32,000 nucleotides of DNA, from positions 48,678 through 80,677 of the forward strand of contig NBVN01000006.1 of NCBI GenBank assembly GCA_003056265.1, given 5' to 3'. The notes under the pieces were generated by a model. That model saw nothing but the letters and a program-made list of their open reading frames with translations, did not search any database and was not told where the DNA came from. The position numbers were made by a program, and so were the translations under genes. The number at the start of each line of letters is the position of its first letter. Position 1 is the first letter of the stretch. Source of the stretch: Zestosphaera tikiterensis. Lineage in GTDB: Archaea > Thermoproteota > Thermoprotei_A > Sulfolobales > NBVN01. This document shows positions 1 through 7,635 of this stretch, one piece after another.

Positions 1-438
1 ATAAGCTTTCATACCCTCAATTAAGATCGTTGTTGGTGGTTTCTTCCTAGAGTATGTTGTCGACACTAAATCTATTGATTTTAGAGTTAACGTTTCGTAA
101 GTTGGTAGGTAACCTCTGCCTAACCTTTCTGAGAAGCTTTCAAGGAATTTCTCAACTACTTCATCAGCTTTCACACCTTCAACTATTACATCCACATCCA
201 TAGTTCTATATACGCGGGCTGTATAGACTTCAACGGCGAAACCTCCTGTGATTACTATCCTTCCTAAACCCTCCTTCTCTAAAGCTTCATTAAGCCACGC
301 AATGAAAAACAAATACCTCTTGGTTTCGTCTTGGATTGATTTAAGCTTAGGTAGTATGGAGGTTTTAAATACATTACTTAATTTCTCGACGAACTCAACA
401 ATGCTTAAATCCTTAAAACCCTCCTCTCCCTCGACCAT
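1..438 (-). CDS. Pol-beta superfamily nucleotidyltransferase-fold protein, partial (runs off left edge)
   Basis: Absent from the ORF track because it has no stop in the window. ATG at 438 (minus) directly follows a TGA, and the frame stays open to base 1 (146 codons): MVEGEEGFKDLSIVEFVEKL...LGRIVITGGFAVEVYTARVYRTMDVDVIVEG. This gives G-G-x16-D-x-D, the minimal NTase signature. Confidence 0.6.
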   Translation of the reverse strand, partial: MVEGEEGFKDLSIVEFVEKLSNVFKTSILPKLKSIQDETKRYLFFIAWLNEALEKEGLGRIVITGGFAVEVYTARVYRTMDVDVIVEGVKADEVVEKFLESFSERLGRGYLPTYETLTLKSIDLVSTTYSRKKPPTTILIEGMKAY

Positions 439-605
439 TCAACAACACCTAAATAACTCGGTATAAGTTCCTTAACTAGTGAAGCCAGCTTTAAAGACTC
501 GCTTAAATCCCTACGCGTTGTTCTATACCTACCTCTGCTTAAATACACGCTCTTGTACGCCCTTCTAAACCTCTCAACGTCTAATGACGTTTCATAAATA
601 AACAT
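405..605 (-). CDS. hypothetical small basic protein upstream of and overlapping the NTase gene
   Basis: 66-aa ORF (MFIYETSLDVERFRRAYKSVYLSRGRYRTTRRDL...) whose 3' end overlaps the NTase start by 34 nt in another frame. No recognisable motif. Coding status is uncertain. Confidence 0.3.
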   Translation of the reverse strand: MFIYETSLDVERFRRAYKSVYLSRGRYRTTRRDLSESLKLASLVKELIPSYLGVVEWSRERRVLRI

Positions 606-693
606 CTTAAGCCCCCTTCAACCCGTAACATATCTTTAAAGCTTATCACTCCCTAACGATTAACTTAAAGCGTTAATAAATTCTTTAAACATA

Positions 694-870
694 CGGCCCT
701 ACTTCCTATCCTATTGGCTGACGGCCCCTGTTGTTTTTAACAGGGGTTCTCCCCCTAGGGCTTGCATTACTTCTCTGAAGCCCCTCACCGGGAGTGCATC
801 ATCTATCAGTTCCCGCCGTCAGCTCCGGGAAGGTGTGGGTCTCATCCCAAGCTACGGTTGCCCACACCCA
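694..870 (+). ncRNA. candidate structured non-coding RNA (identity unresolved)
   Basis: A GC-rich island in an AT-rich spacer with no ORF. Nested perfect helices: 717-725/815-823 (gctgacggc/gccgtcagc) encloses hairpins 726-732/739-745 (ccctgtt/aacaggg), 758-763/778-783 (gggctt/aagccc) and 790-794/810-814 (gggag/ttccc). A further 8-bp stem lies at 832-839/861-868 (ggtgtggg/cccacacc). The G-T pairs (716/824, 794/810) are only valid wobbles on the plus strand. Confidence 0.35.
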
Positions 871-1025
871 ACACCAAAACATTAAACAAGAAAAACTTAA
901 AAACATTCACCCCGCCTTAAAAGGCAGAGCCTCAAACAGATGGTGAATGGTAACGATGTAGACTAAGGTGTTTTACGTGCTTCGATTTAATAGCTTCTAA
1001 AGAGAAGTGGTTTTTAGGGTTTCTT

Positions 1026-1832
1026 ATGCGTGTAGTGAGGGTAGGTTATTTAATAAGCGGGTTAGTGTCTTTAGCTTTAATACTCTACATCCTTAACTTA
1101 ATTTACCCGTACTATCAAACCCCTACGGAGGTGGTGTTAGTTACGTATGACGTTATTTACTTACCGCTACCTAAGAAAGTAAGTAACGTTTCTGTTGAGG
1201 AGGCGATTCTTTGGAGGAGGAGTGTTAGGGACTACGCTAAAGACCCGATAAGGCTTGAGGACCTATCCATGATTTTATGGGCTACTTATGGGGTTACTGA
1301 ACCTACGTGGGGTTTTAGAGCAACTCCAAGTGCCGGCGCTACATACCCGCTTGAGATTTACCTTGTTGTAGGTGAGGAAGGGGTTTTAATTGATGGGAAT
1401 GCATACTTAGTTGCTGGGGTTTATAAGTATGATGGGAGGAAACATCTGCTTAGGTTAGTTAAGCAAGGTGATTTTAGGGAGGAACTCTACGTAGCTGCGA
1501 TTAAGCAGGAATGGGTTAGAAACGCGCCGGTAAGTATAGTTATCTGCGCGGTCTTCGAAAGAACTACCTCAGTATACGGGGTTAGGGGGGAGGTTAGGTA
1601 CGTACCGATGGAGGTTGGCCACGCAGGTCAAAACATATACTTAATGTCTACCGCGCTTGGTTACGGAGCGGTGGTTGTAGGGGCTTTCATAGATGAAGAC
1701 GTATCTAAAGTAATCAACGCAGGCGTTAATGAAGTCCCTATGTACATAGTACCTATTGGAGTTCCTAAAACCCCCTACAGAACCACCTTCAAAGATATAG
1801 AGAACTACATAATTAAAGCGAGAGGTGGTTGA
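1026..1832 (+). CDS. SagB-type dehydrogenase / nitroreductase-family protein with N-terminal TM helix
   Basis: 268 aa. WRRRSVRDY...LSMILWATYG...RATPSAGATYPLEIYLVV...GVYKYD matches the SagB/nitroreductase pattern. The N-terminal segment LISGLVSLALILYILNLI is hydrophobic. Confidence 0.8.
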   Translation: MRVVRVGYLISGLVSLALILYILNLIYPYYQTPTEVVLVTYDVIYLPLPKKVSNVSVEEAILWRRSVRDYAKDPIRLEDLSMILWATYGVTEPTWGFRATPSAGATYPLEIYLVVGEEGVLIDGNAYLVAGVYKYDGRKHLLRLVKQGDFREELYVAAIKQEWVRNAPVSIVICAVFERTTSVYGVRGEVRYVPMEVGHAGQNIYLMSTALGYGAVVVGAFIDEDVSKVINAGVNEVPMYIVPIGVPKTPYRTTFKDIENYIIKARGG

Positions 1833-2170
1833 AAACGTCTAGAGCTCTTAAACTAGCTCTTTTAATTGTTGAGACTTCATCAATACCCCTCTACGTAGTT
1901 ATAACAGCCTACATACTAACGGGGTATCAAATACTCTTCAAGGAAGTGAGGCTAATCCCTAAAGCTGAAGTAATACACACAGACCCACTTTTAAGAACCT
2001 CCTTAATCATTTTAACCTACCTACACTCAATCTCAGGGTTAAACATCTTAATCAATCGAAGAGTGAAGAATAAAGCCTTAAAAACGCTGCTAGAGTATAT
2101 AGCCTTAATAGCTACAACGACCTTATTAGCAATCCCACTAACGCTAGAGCTGGTTAGATTCGCTAGGTAA
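1829..2170 (+). CDS. small integral membrane protein (unknown function)
   Basis: 113 aa with about three hydrophobic segments. Its start overlaps the stop of the upstream gene by 4 nt (translational coupling). Confidence 0.55.
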   Translation: MKTSRALKLALLIVETSSIPLYVVITAYILTGYQILFKEVRLIPKAEVIHTDPLLRTSLIILTYLHSISGLNILINRRVKNKALKTLLEYIALIATTTLLAIPLTLELVRFAR

Positions 2171-2522
2171 TCCATAACCGTTTTAATGTAAGTTACTGTA
2201 GATGTTTCACGAGGGAATTAAGTACATAGGGTCTGACTTCATCATATCTATCTCCGCTCTATCTCTCCACCAAACCACCTTAAGCGAGGATGAAGTCTCA
2301 TTGATTAGGTGTTATCCTTACCTTCATCTCCTCATCAAATCATTAACCTAACCCTTTTACTTCTACACTTTATAAGTATTACGTCATAAGAAATTAAAAC
2401 AAACAATGGAACAACATCTTCATGGCTCTTTATGTTTGTTTCAATTCCAGTCCTCAAGAAGTGACCTATAAGCTTAAAAGTTTAAAAGGCTATGTGAGTG
2501 ATGTTGCCGGTGTGTTGCTGAG

Positions 2523-3248
2523 TTAGATTTTTGTGTATATCTCCACACCTAATTTTTTAGATGCCTCGATCGCTTTCTCTTCAGCATATGGTGTCACTAT
2601 GATTAGTCTTTCAGGTTCTCTTCCTGTTTTCTCCTTATATAGTTCTGCCTTCCTCTTGAATTGATATACGTCTGACGCTCTAACATGTGATGATACTTCA
2701 ATTAATGTAAGTTTTCCATCCTTAATCGCTATATCTACTTCAACTTCGCTTGGGTAACCAAACACCACGCCTCTCTCGTCATACGTTACCCATTTTTCAA
2801 CTTTAAGCCCTAACTCCTTCTCCAATACTCCTCTTAAGCCTTCTCTAAACGCTTCCTCAGCCATCAACCCCCACCTAGCACCTAAAGCAGATATGTGTCT
2901 ATTAACAAGCTCAAACCCTTTATTCATGTCTTTTCTAAGTTCTATGAGTTCTTCCTCATGTCGGTCGAGTCTTTTAAGGACTTCTTTTATCACTTCCTCA
3001 TGTCTGTCAAGCCTTTTGAGAATTTCCTGTAATACTTCCTCATGGTGGTCGAACCTCTTAAGCATTTCTTTTATTACTTCTTCATGACTATCAAGTCTCT
3101 TGAGGATTTCCTCTATCACTTCCTCGTGCTTATCAAGTCTTTTAAGGATTTCTTCTAAACCTATTAAACCAGCTACAGCATATCTAAACTCCTCATCCTC
3201 CTTCAAAAGCTTCAATATCTTAGACTTAAGCTCCGCAACCTCCATCAC
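2523..3248 (-). CDS. coiled-coil repeat protein with C-terminal PD-(D/E)XK-like domain (DUF3782-like family of thermophilic archaea)
   Basis: 241 aa. Five tandem 14-aa units (ILKRLDxHEEVIxE) are followed by ...GYPSEVEVDIAIKDGKLTLIEVSSHVRASDVYQFKRKAELY..., a restriction-endonuclease-like beta-strand pattern. Confidence 0.75.
   Translation of the reverse strand: MMEVAELKSKILKLLKEDEEFRYAVAGLIGLEEILKRLDKHEEVIEEILKRLDSHEEVIKEMLKRFDHHEEVLQEILKRLDRHEEVIKEVLKRLDRHEEELIELRKDMNKGFELVNRHISALGARWGLMAEEAFREGLRGVLEKELGLKVEKWVTYDERGVVFGYPSEVEVDIAIKDGKLTLIEVSSHVRASDVYQFKRKAELYKEKTGREPERLIIVTPYAEEKAIEASKKLGVEIYTKI
2937..3152. repeat. in-frame tandem repeat, about 42 bp x 5, inside CDS 2523-3248
   Basis: Encodes EILKRLDKHEEVIE / EILKRLDSHEEVIK / EMLKRFDHHEEVLQ / EILKRLDRHEEVIK / EVLKRLDRHEEELI (aa 33-104). 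Confidence 0.9.
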
Positions 3249-3469
3249 TTAACATCTCTATCTAATTACGTAATTATAAAAGGAAATATAAATCGCCTTC
3301 GTTTAATATGCTCTTACAATCAATTGTAGTAGACGTAGCAGGTAGTTAACATCTGTGAAGACCTATTATGGTAAGATTTTATAAGTTATTTGTTAAGGGT
3401 ATTTGGAAGTAGTGCTTGATATTTAGGTTTTTACTGCCTAAAATTTATTAAGTATGTTGTTCTTAGGTT

Positions 3470-4243
3470 ATGGGTGGTGTTGTGAAGTTGTCTAGGCTTA
3501 GATGGTGTGTGTTACTTCAGCTTGCTAAGGCTTGGAGGTTTGGCTTAAGTGTATCTATATCTCGTGTGATTAAAGTGTTTAACTTAAATTCTTCGCTGGT
3601 ATATGGGTTTCTTCGTGAGCTTGAAGAAGATGGTTTAGCTGAAAGAACTCAGCGTGGATGGTGGGCTTTAAGTAACACTCGTAGGGCGAGGGTTCTTGCT
3701 GAATATATTCTGGAGTCGGTTAATGATGGAATACATGATTATTGGGTTAAGCACGTTCCGGAGGTTTACTACTATATTGCTGAGCCTCCTAGTGTAGAAT
3801 GGCTTGGTTACCCTAGTGAAGCGCTTGTGATAGTTGATGAACGTCTTAAGAATGGATTAAAACCTCCTAGCGGATATAGAGTTATATATACTGATATGAG
3901 GGGGCGTAGATGGAGGTATGAATGGAGTTTAGGATATTCAAGAGGGTTACCTGAGCAAAGCATAGCAGATCTTTTAAGCTATGATTCCTCATATCCTGTA
4001 GAGCAGTATATACTATCCAACATAAGTCGGGTAGACCTCGATGAAGTAGCTAAGAAAGCTACTGCGAAAGGGCTTAAAAGACTTTCAACGTTCTTAGCTT
4101 TCCTTAGGCTAGCTACGGGTAAGCTGTTACCTACAGGCTTTAACTACCTAACATTACTGGATGAGGGGGTACTTAACGAAAAACTAAGTGAGTATACGAT
4201 GTTAATATTTGCGAACAACGTAGCTGAGGAGAGGAGGTTATAG
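3470..4243 (+). CDS. winged-HTH protein, AbiEi-like putative antitoxin/regulator
   Basis: 257 aa. The N-terminal wHTH (LVYGFLRELEEDGLAERTQRGWWAL) is followed by a C-terminal domain ending ...GLPEQSIADLLSYDS, reminiscent of the AbiEi/COG5340 C-domain. Its stop lies 3 nt before the start of the next gene. Confidence 0.55.
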   Translation: MGGVVKLSRLRWCVLLQLAKAWRFGLSVSISRVIKVFNLNSSLVYGFLRELEEDGLAERTQRGWWALSNTRRARVLAEYILESVNDGIHDYWVKHVPEVYYYIAEPPSVEWLGYPSEALVIVDERLKNGLKPPSGYRVIYTDMRGRRWRYEWSLGYSRGLPEQSIADLLSYDSSYPVEQYILSNISRVDLDEVAKKATAKGLKRLSTFLAFLRLATGKLLPTGFNYLTLLDEGVLNEKLSEYTMLIFANNVAEERRL

Positions 4244-4246
4244 AGC

Positions 4247-5311
4247 TTGAGCGATGCTTCCTACAGTGAAGGAGGTGATGAAGGTAACTTAGATAAGCTA
4301 CTGGAGGAAACCCGTTTAAGGCTTAAGACATTAGTACCTGATTACTCGCAACTACCTATTATTACTCGTAAACTACCTGGAGTTGAATACGGCTTAAAGA
4401 AGTGGGAACTTAACAATGTTGAAAGAGGTTTAGAGAGAGTATGGCATATAATGAGGTTATTACGTCTTCTCTCCAGGTACTTTGGTGAGAAGCTATTCTT
4501 CGGCGGCGGCTCAATTTTAAACTATATATACATGGTTAAATATCGTGAGCCGCCTAGACTTACATTCGTTCTCGACTCAGCTTGGTATAGGGAGGTGAAG
4601 TCTAAGAGGGTTATACTAAAAGAGATGGCGGGATTTAATAAGTGGTTAGCTGAGAACGGCGCTATCCTAGAGGTGCCTACATCCACCTCGAAGAAGGTAA
4701 CGCTACTCTTAGTTGAATACGATGTCGAGAAAGACTTCTTCCCAGAGCTTCTCTCACTACGTATGCCCGTTATAACTAGGTTTGACGGTAGGCCCTTCCA
4801 TGAATTTCTTAATATACGCGACTACAACGTCATAAGGATGCTTCGAAAGGTATTCAACGAAGTCCTCGGGGTTGAGGATCCGCGAATAGACTACGTAAGG
4901 TTTGAGGTTTCATTAAACCCAGCGGGTATGCAGAGGGAGGAGGTGATGTTGGAAGACTTATTTGGTTTAAGTATTAAAACATGGATCACTTCTCTTGAAT
5001 ATCAGTTAGCATCTAAGATAACTTATAAAGTTGGTAGGGAATTCGGGGCGGCTCTAGAGTATAATCTTCATGACATCCTTAAAGCGGTTTTAGACCTTAG
5101 GCTACTTAAGTACGTAGACTCCAGTGAGGTTAAGAAGTATGTTGAAAACGTATCATACAGCATAGTGGAACACAACCTGAAAAGCCTTCTAAAACCTGAG
5201 GGAAGGAAGTTATGGGACGTAAACTATCACTACACACTCATTAGAAGGAAGTATACCTTAGAGCAGCTAGTAGGGGAAGTTGAAGCACTTCTAGAGAATG
5301 TGTTAAGATAA
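4247..5311 (+). CDS. AbiEii/DUF1814-like nucleotidyltransferase-fold protein (putative toxin), degenerate catalytic motif
   Basis: 354 aa with a TTG start abutting the upstream stop. KLFFGGGSILNYIYMVKYREPPRLTFVLDSAW aligns by eye with the GG[ST]..(n)..R.S.D.D motif, but reads V-L-D where D-x-D is expected. Confidence 0.5.
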   Translation: MSDASYSEGGDEGNLDKLLEETRLRLKTLVPDYSQLPIITRKLPGVEYGLKKWELNNVERGLERVWHIMRLLRLLSRYFGEKLFFGGGSILNYIYMVKYREPPRLTFVLDSAWYREVKSKRVILKEMAGFNKWLAENGAILEVPTSTSKKVTLLLVEYDVEKDFFPELLSLRMPVITRFDGRPFHEFLNIRDYNVIRMLRKVFNEVLGVEDPRIDYVRFEVSLNPAGMQREEVMLEDLFGLSIKTWITSLEYQLASKITYKVGREFGAALEYNLHDILKAVLDLRLLKYVDSSEVKKYVENVSYSIVEHNLKSLLKPEGRKLWDVNYHYTLIRRKYTLEQLVGEVEALLENVLR

Positions 5312-5424
5312 CAGTTCTAAAAAATTGTTTTAAGTGATGGCTTAACTACCGACACTTAATGAGTGTTATTGAGGATAGTGTTTTCAATCATCTTACTCGC
5401 GTGACTCCTAAAAGTATACCATGC

Positions 5425-5730
5425 CTAGATTTTCAGTAGTTCATGTTCTTTTATGAATCTTTTATACCAACCCTCGTAGAGCTTCTTCGTTACTATATGT
5501 AGCTCTATAGGTGCGTCTATACTTCGATATACTCTCGTCATGATCTCGTACTTCTTATCTGTTTTCTCGGTAATTACTAGGATATCTATATCGCTTGCGA
5601 CCGTGTAGTTCCCGCGGACAACCGAGCCGAAGACGTAGACTTCAGCTTGCGGATCAAATTCCGTAACTATTTTCTTCACTTCCTCGGCAATTACCCTGTA
5701 GTTCTCGAGTGTTTTAAGCTCCTTCGGCAA
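5425..5730 (-). CDS. minimal nucleotidyltransferase (MNT, HEPN-MNT toxin-antitoxin type)
   Basis: 101 aa. VYVFGSVVRGNYTVASDIDILVIT is the classic GS-x9-DxD MNT motif. Confidence 0.9.
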   Translation of the reverse strand: MPKELKTLENYRVIAEEVKKIVTEFDPQAEVYVFGSVVRGNYTVASDIDILVITEKTDKKYEIMTRVYRSIDAPIELHIVTKKLYEGWYKRFIKEHELLKI

Positions 5731-5851
5731 CCCGTTTAAACACCTCCTTCACAAACTTCATTAAGTCCCTCGCCTCAGCATCCTCATAAATTATTGGGAG
5801 GTAGCGTGAAGTTATGTATGCCTCCTCAAGCCTAGCGATGTCAAAAACATA
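5714..5851 (-). pseudogene. HEPN-domain C-terminal remnant (truncated partner of the MNT)
   Basis: The minus-strand frame opens right after an in-frame TAG (5854-5852): YVFDIARLEEAYITSRYLPIIYEDAEARDLMKFVKEVFKRVAEGA*. This is the HEPN C-terminal helix pattern (RY.P...), and its stop overlaps the MNT start. No intact N-terminal HEPN half was found upstream. Confidence 0.5.
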
Positions 5852-6227
5852 CTAACGAAAAAGTTTATAAACCTTTCCACTCCCGCCATAAATAACGAAG
5901 GCTTTCGGTTGTAGCGTAATAAGCCTATTTATAAGAAGGTCTTATTAATGTCTCCCTTGCTTTCAACCTTTTTCGGTTGCTTCACCGCTTCTCAAAGACT
6001 TAGATCACCTACTATTTCTGTCGGGAGGCTTCGAAAGTTTTAAGCCCATCATAAATAAGGTATTTTGTGAAGTTACCGTAAAATATGTATTTTACCAACG
6101 TTATGTTAATGTTAAGGGGTGAGAGACTTTAAAGGGGTATGACGAAGTATTTGAGGTTTTTGACAAATACTACTTAAAGTATGATGCTTGGTACTTAAAT
6201 AATCTTAACATTTCAGCATCTGAGAAG

Positions 6228-6782
6228 TTGTGTATTAGGCTTCTCGCACCCTATGGTATTATCTTAGATATCGGTGTAGGCACGGGGATCCTCACTAGCG
6301 GCTTATCTAATACAATAGTTGGTGTAGATCCCGCTGAAAACCCGCTGAAGATCGCCAGCAATCGTGGTATTCTACCTGTGAATGCTTACGGCGAAGAATT
6401 GCCGTTTAGAGATGAAGCTTTCGACACCGTGCTTATTATAGTAACTCTATGCTTTACAGATAAACCACTTAACATATTGTTTGAAGCATATAGGGTTTGT
6501 AAAAGAGGCGGTAAGCTAATAGTGTGTGTTGTTCCACGTGAAAGTGCTTGGGGAAGATACTATTTTTTAAGGAAGATACGCAGTGAAAGCGTATTCTATG
6601 AGTATGCAAGGTTCTATAGCGTGAAAGAAGTAGAAGATATGATGCGTTATGTAGGGCTTAAAATAAAGCGATACTGCTCGACACTGACTTACGATCCATC
6701 TATGCCACCTTATATCGAGTACCCTAAGCTGCAGAAAGACGAGGAAGCCGGATTCATATGTGTGGAAGCTATAAAGGAATGA
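6228..6782 (+). CDS. class I SAM-dependent methyltransferase (Methyltransf_11-like)
   Basis: ILDIGVGTGILT is SAM motif I; FDTVLIIVTLCF and GGKLIVCV are also present. The frame is open and family-like (GYDEVFEVFDKYYLKYDAWY) back to a stop at 6120-6122, with no ATG/GTG/TTG before 6228. Confidence 0.85.
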   Translation: MCIRLLAPYGIILDIGVGTGILTSGLSNTIVGVDPAENPLKIASNRGILPVNAYGEELPFRDEAFDTVLIIVTLCFTDKPLNILFEAYRVCKRGGKLIVCVVPRESAWGRYYFLRKIRSESVFYEYARFYSVKEVEDMMRYVGLKIKRYCSTLTYDPSMPPYIEYPKLQKDEEAGFICVEAIKE

Positions 6783-7465
6783 AACGATCTTAGGCTACCT
6801 CCATCAATAACGATAACTATCCCAGTTATGAAGCTTGCCTCTTCTGAAGCTAGGAACACTATTGTATTTGCTATATCTGATGGCTTACCTAACCTACCTA
6901 AGGGCATGGCCTCAATTATAACTTCAAGTGTTTGCGATCCGATAGGGTCTGGAGCTATCACGTCAACCGTTATGTTGAAGGGTGTTAACTCTAAAGCTTT
7001 CGTAAACCCTATTATTCCTGCTCTATTTACTGTGAATAATGCGTTGGTATTGGAAAGCCCACAAGCCCTTGCTATCGACAATACGTTGATTATCCTGCTG
7101 TATCTTGCTTAACTATCGTAGGTTCTGTAAACCTAGTGAATAGAAACGTGCCTTTTTAAGTTTACGTTGATTACCTCATCTCAATCCTCCCCACTCATTT
7201 CTAAGAATGGCTTAAATGGGTATATGCCTGCGTTATTAACAAGCATGTCTACCTTAACGTTGTCCCTCTTCGACAGATCTCTGACGACGTCAAGAGCTCT
7301 AACGTTAAATCTCTCCGCTTCCTGAGATACTTCGTGAACTTTATCCATTAAATCCACCAGAACTACGTCAGCTCATTCACTTGCTAACTCGAGAGATATC
7401 TCCCTACCTATACTCATAGCAGTGCCGGTTATTAAAGCCGCTCTACCTTTAAATTTAGAACTCAA
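6710..7465 (-). pseudogene. short-chain dehydrogenase/reductase (FabG-like) pseudogene
   Basis: A single frame from TTG 7465 reads KGRAALITGTAMSIGREISLELASE*ADVVLVD...MLVNNAGIYPFKPFLEMSGED*DEVINVNLK...IH*VY...DS*ARYSRIINV..., then ORF 6710-7081 (...AGIIGFTKALE...MPLGRLGKPSDIANTIVFLASEEASFITGIVIVIDGG). In-frame stops are at 7375-7373 (TGA), 7183-7181 (TGA), 7135-7133 (TAG) and 7111-7109 (TAA). The catalytic YxxxK reads FTVNR. Homology ends near 6795, after which the frame runs into the convergent methyltransferase gene. Confidence 0.85.
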
Positions 7466-7635
7466 TTAACTCACTATGATGTACATGGATATATATCATG
7501 TTGGAAAGTTTATAAGGCTCCGTTAGGATCTTCAGATATAAAAACTAAGTTTTAAAACAACAGCAACTACTTAATCGTTATCTAATATCAGAGAATGTTA
7601 TGCGAACGTAATTGAAAGTTAATGAAGTAATTAAA

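Noticed and set aside
248-466. Plus-strand 72-aa ORF
   Set aside because: It is antisense to the minus-strand NTase-motif ORF (1-438), which has the better coding signal.
694-870. Assignment of the structured element to SRP RNA, RNase P RNA (including the reduced type T), an intron-containing tRNA or an H/ACA sRNA
   Set aside because: There are partial resemblances (a GGGAAGGU string, an ACA after the last hairpin). However, the element is too short for SRP RNA, no P4-compatible long-range pairing was found, there is no T-loop, and there is no pseudouridylation-pocket architecture. It is left unassigned.
2234-2297. 9-bp inverted repeat (gacttcatc ... gatgaagtc) with AUGAUGA/CUGA-like strings, considered as a C/D box sRNA
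   Set aside because: The box order and spacing do not fit the C-D'-C'-D architecture. It is more likely a convergent-gene spacer hairpin.
2893-3087. Plus-strand 64-aa Ser-rich ORF
   Set aside because: It is the antisense frame of the HEEV repeat array, an artefact of the repeat.
6828-7112. Plus-strand 94-aa ORF
   Set aside because: It is antisense to the SDR pseudogene and its composition mirrors that gene.
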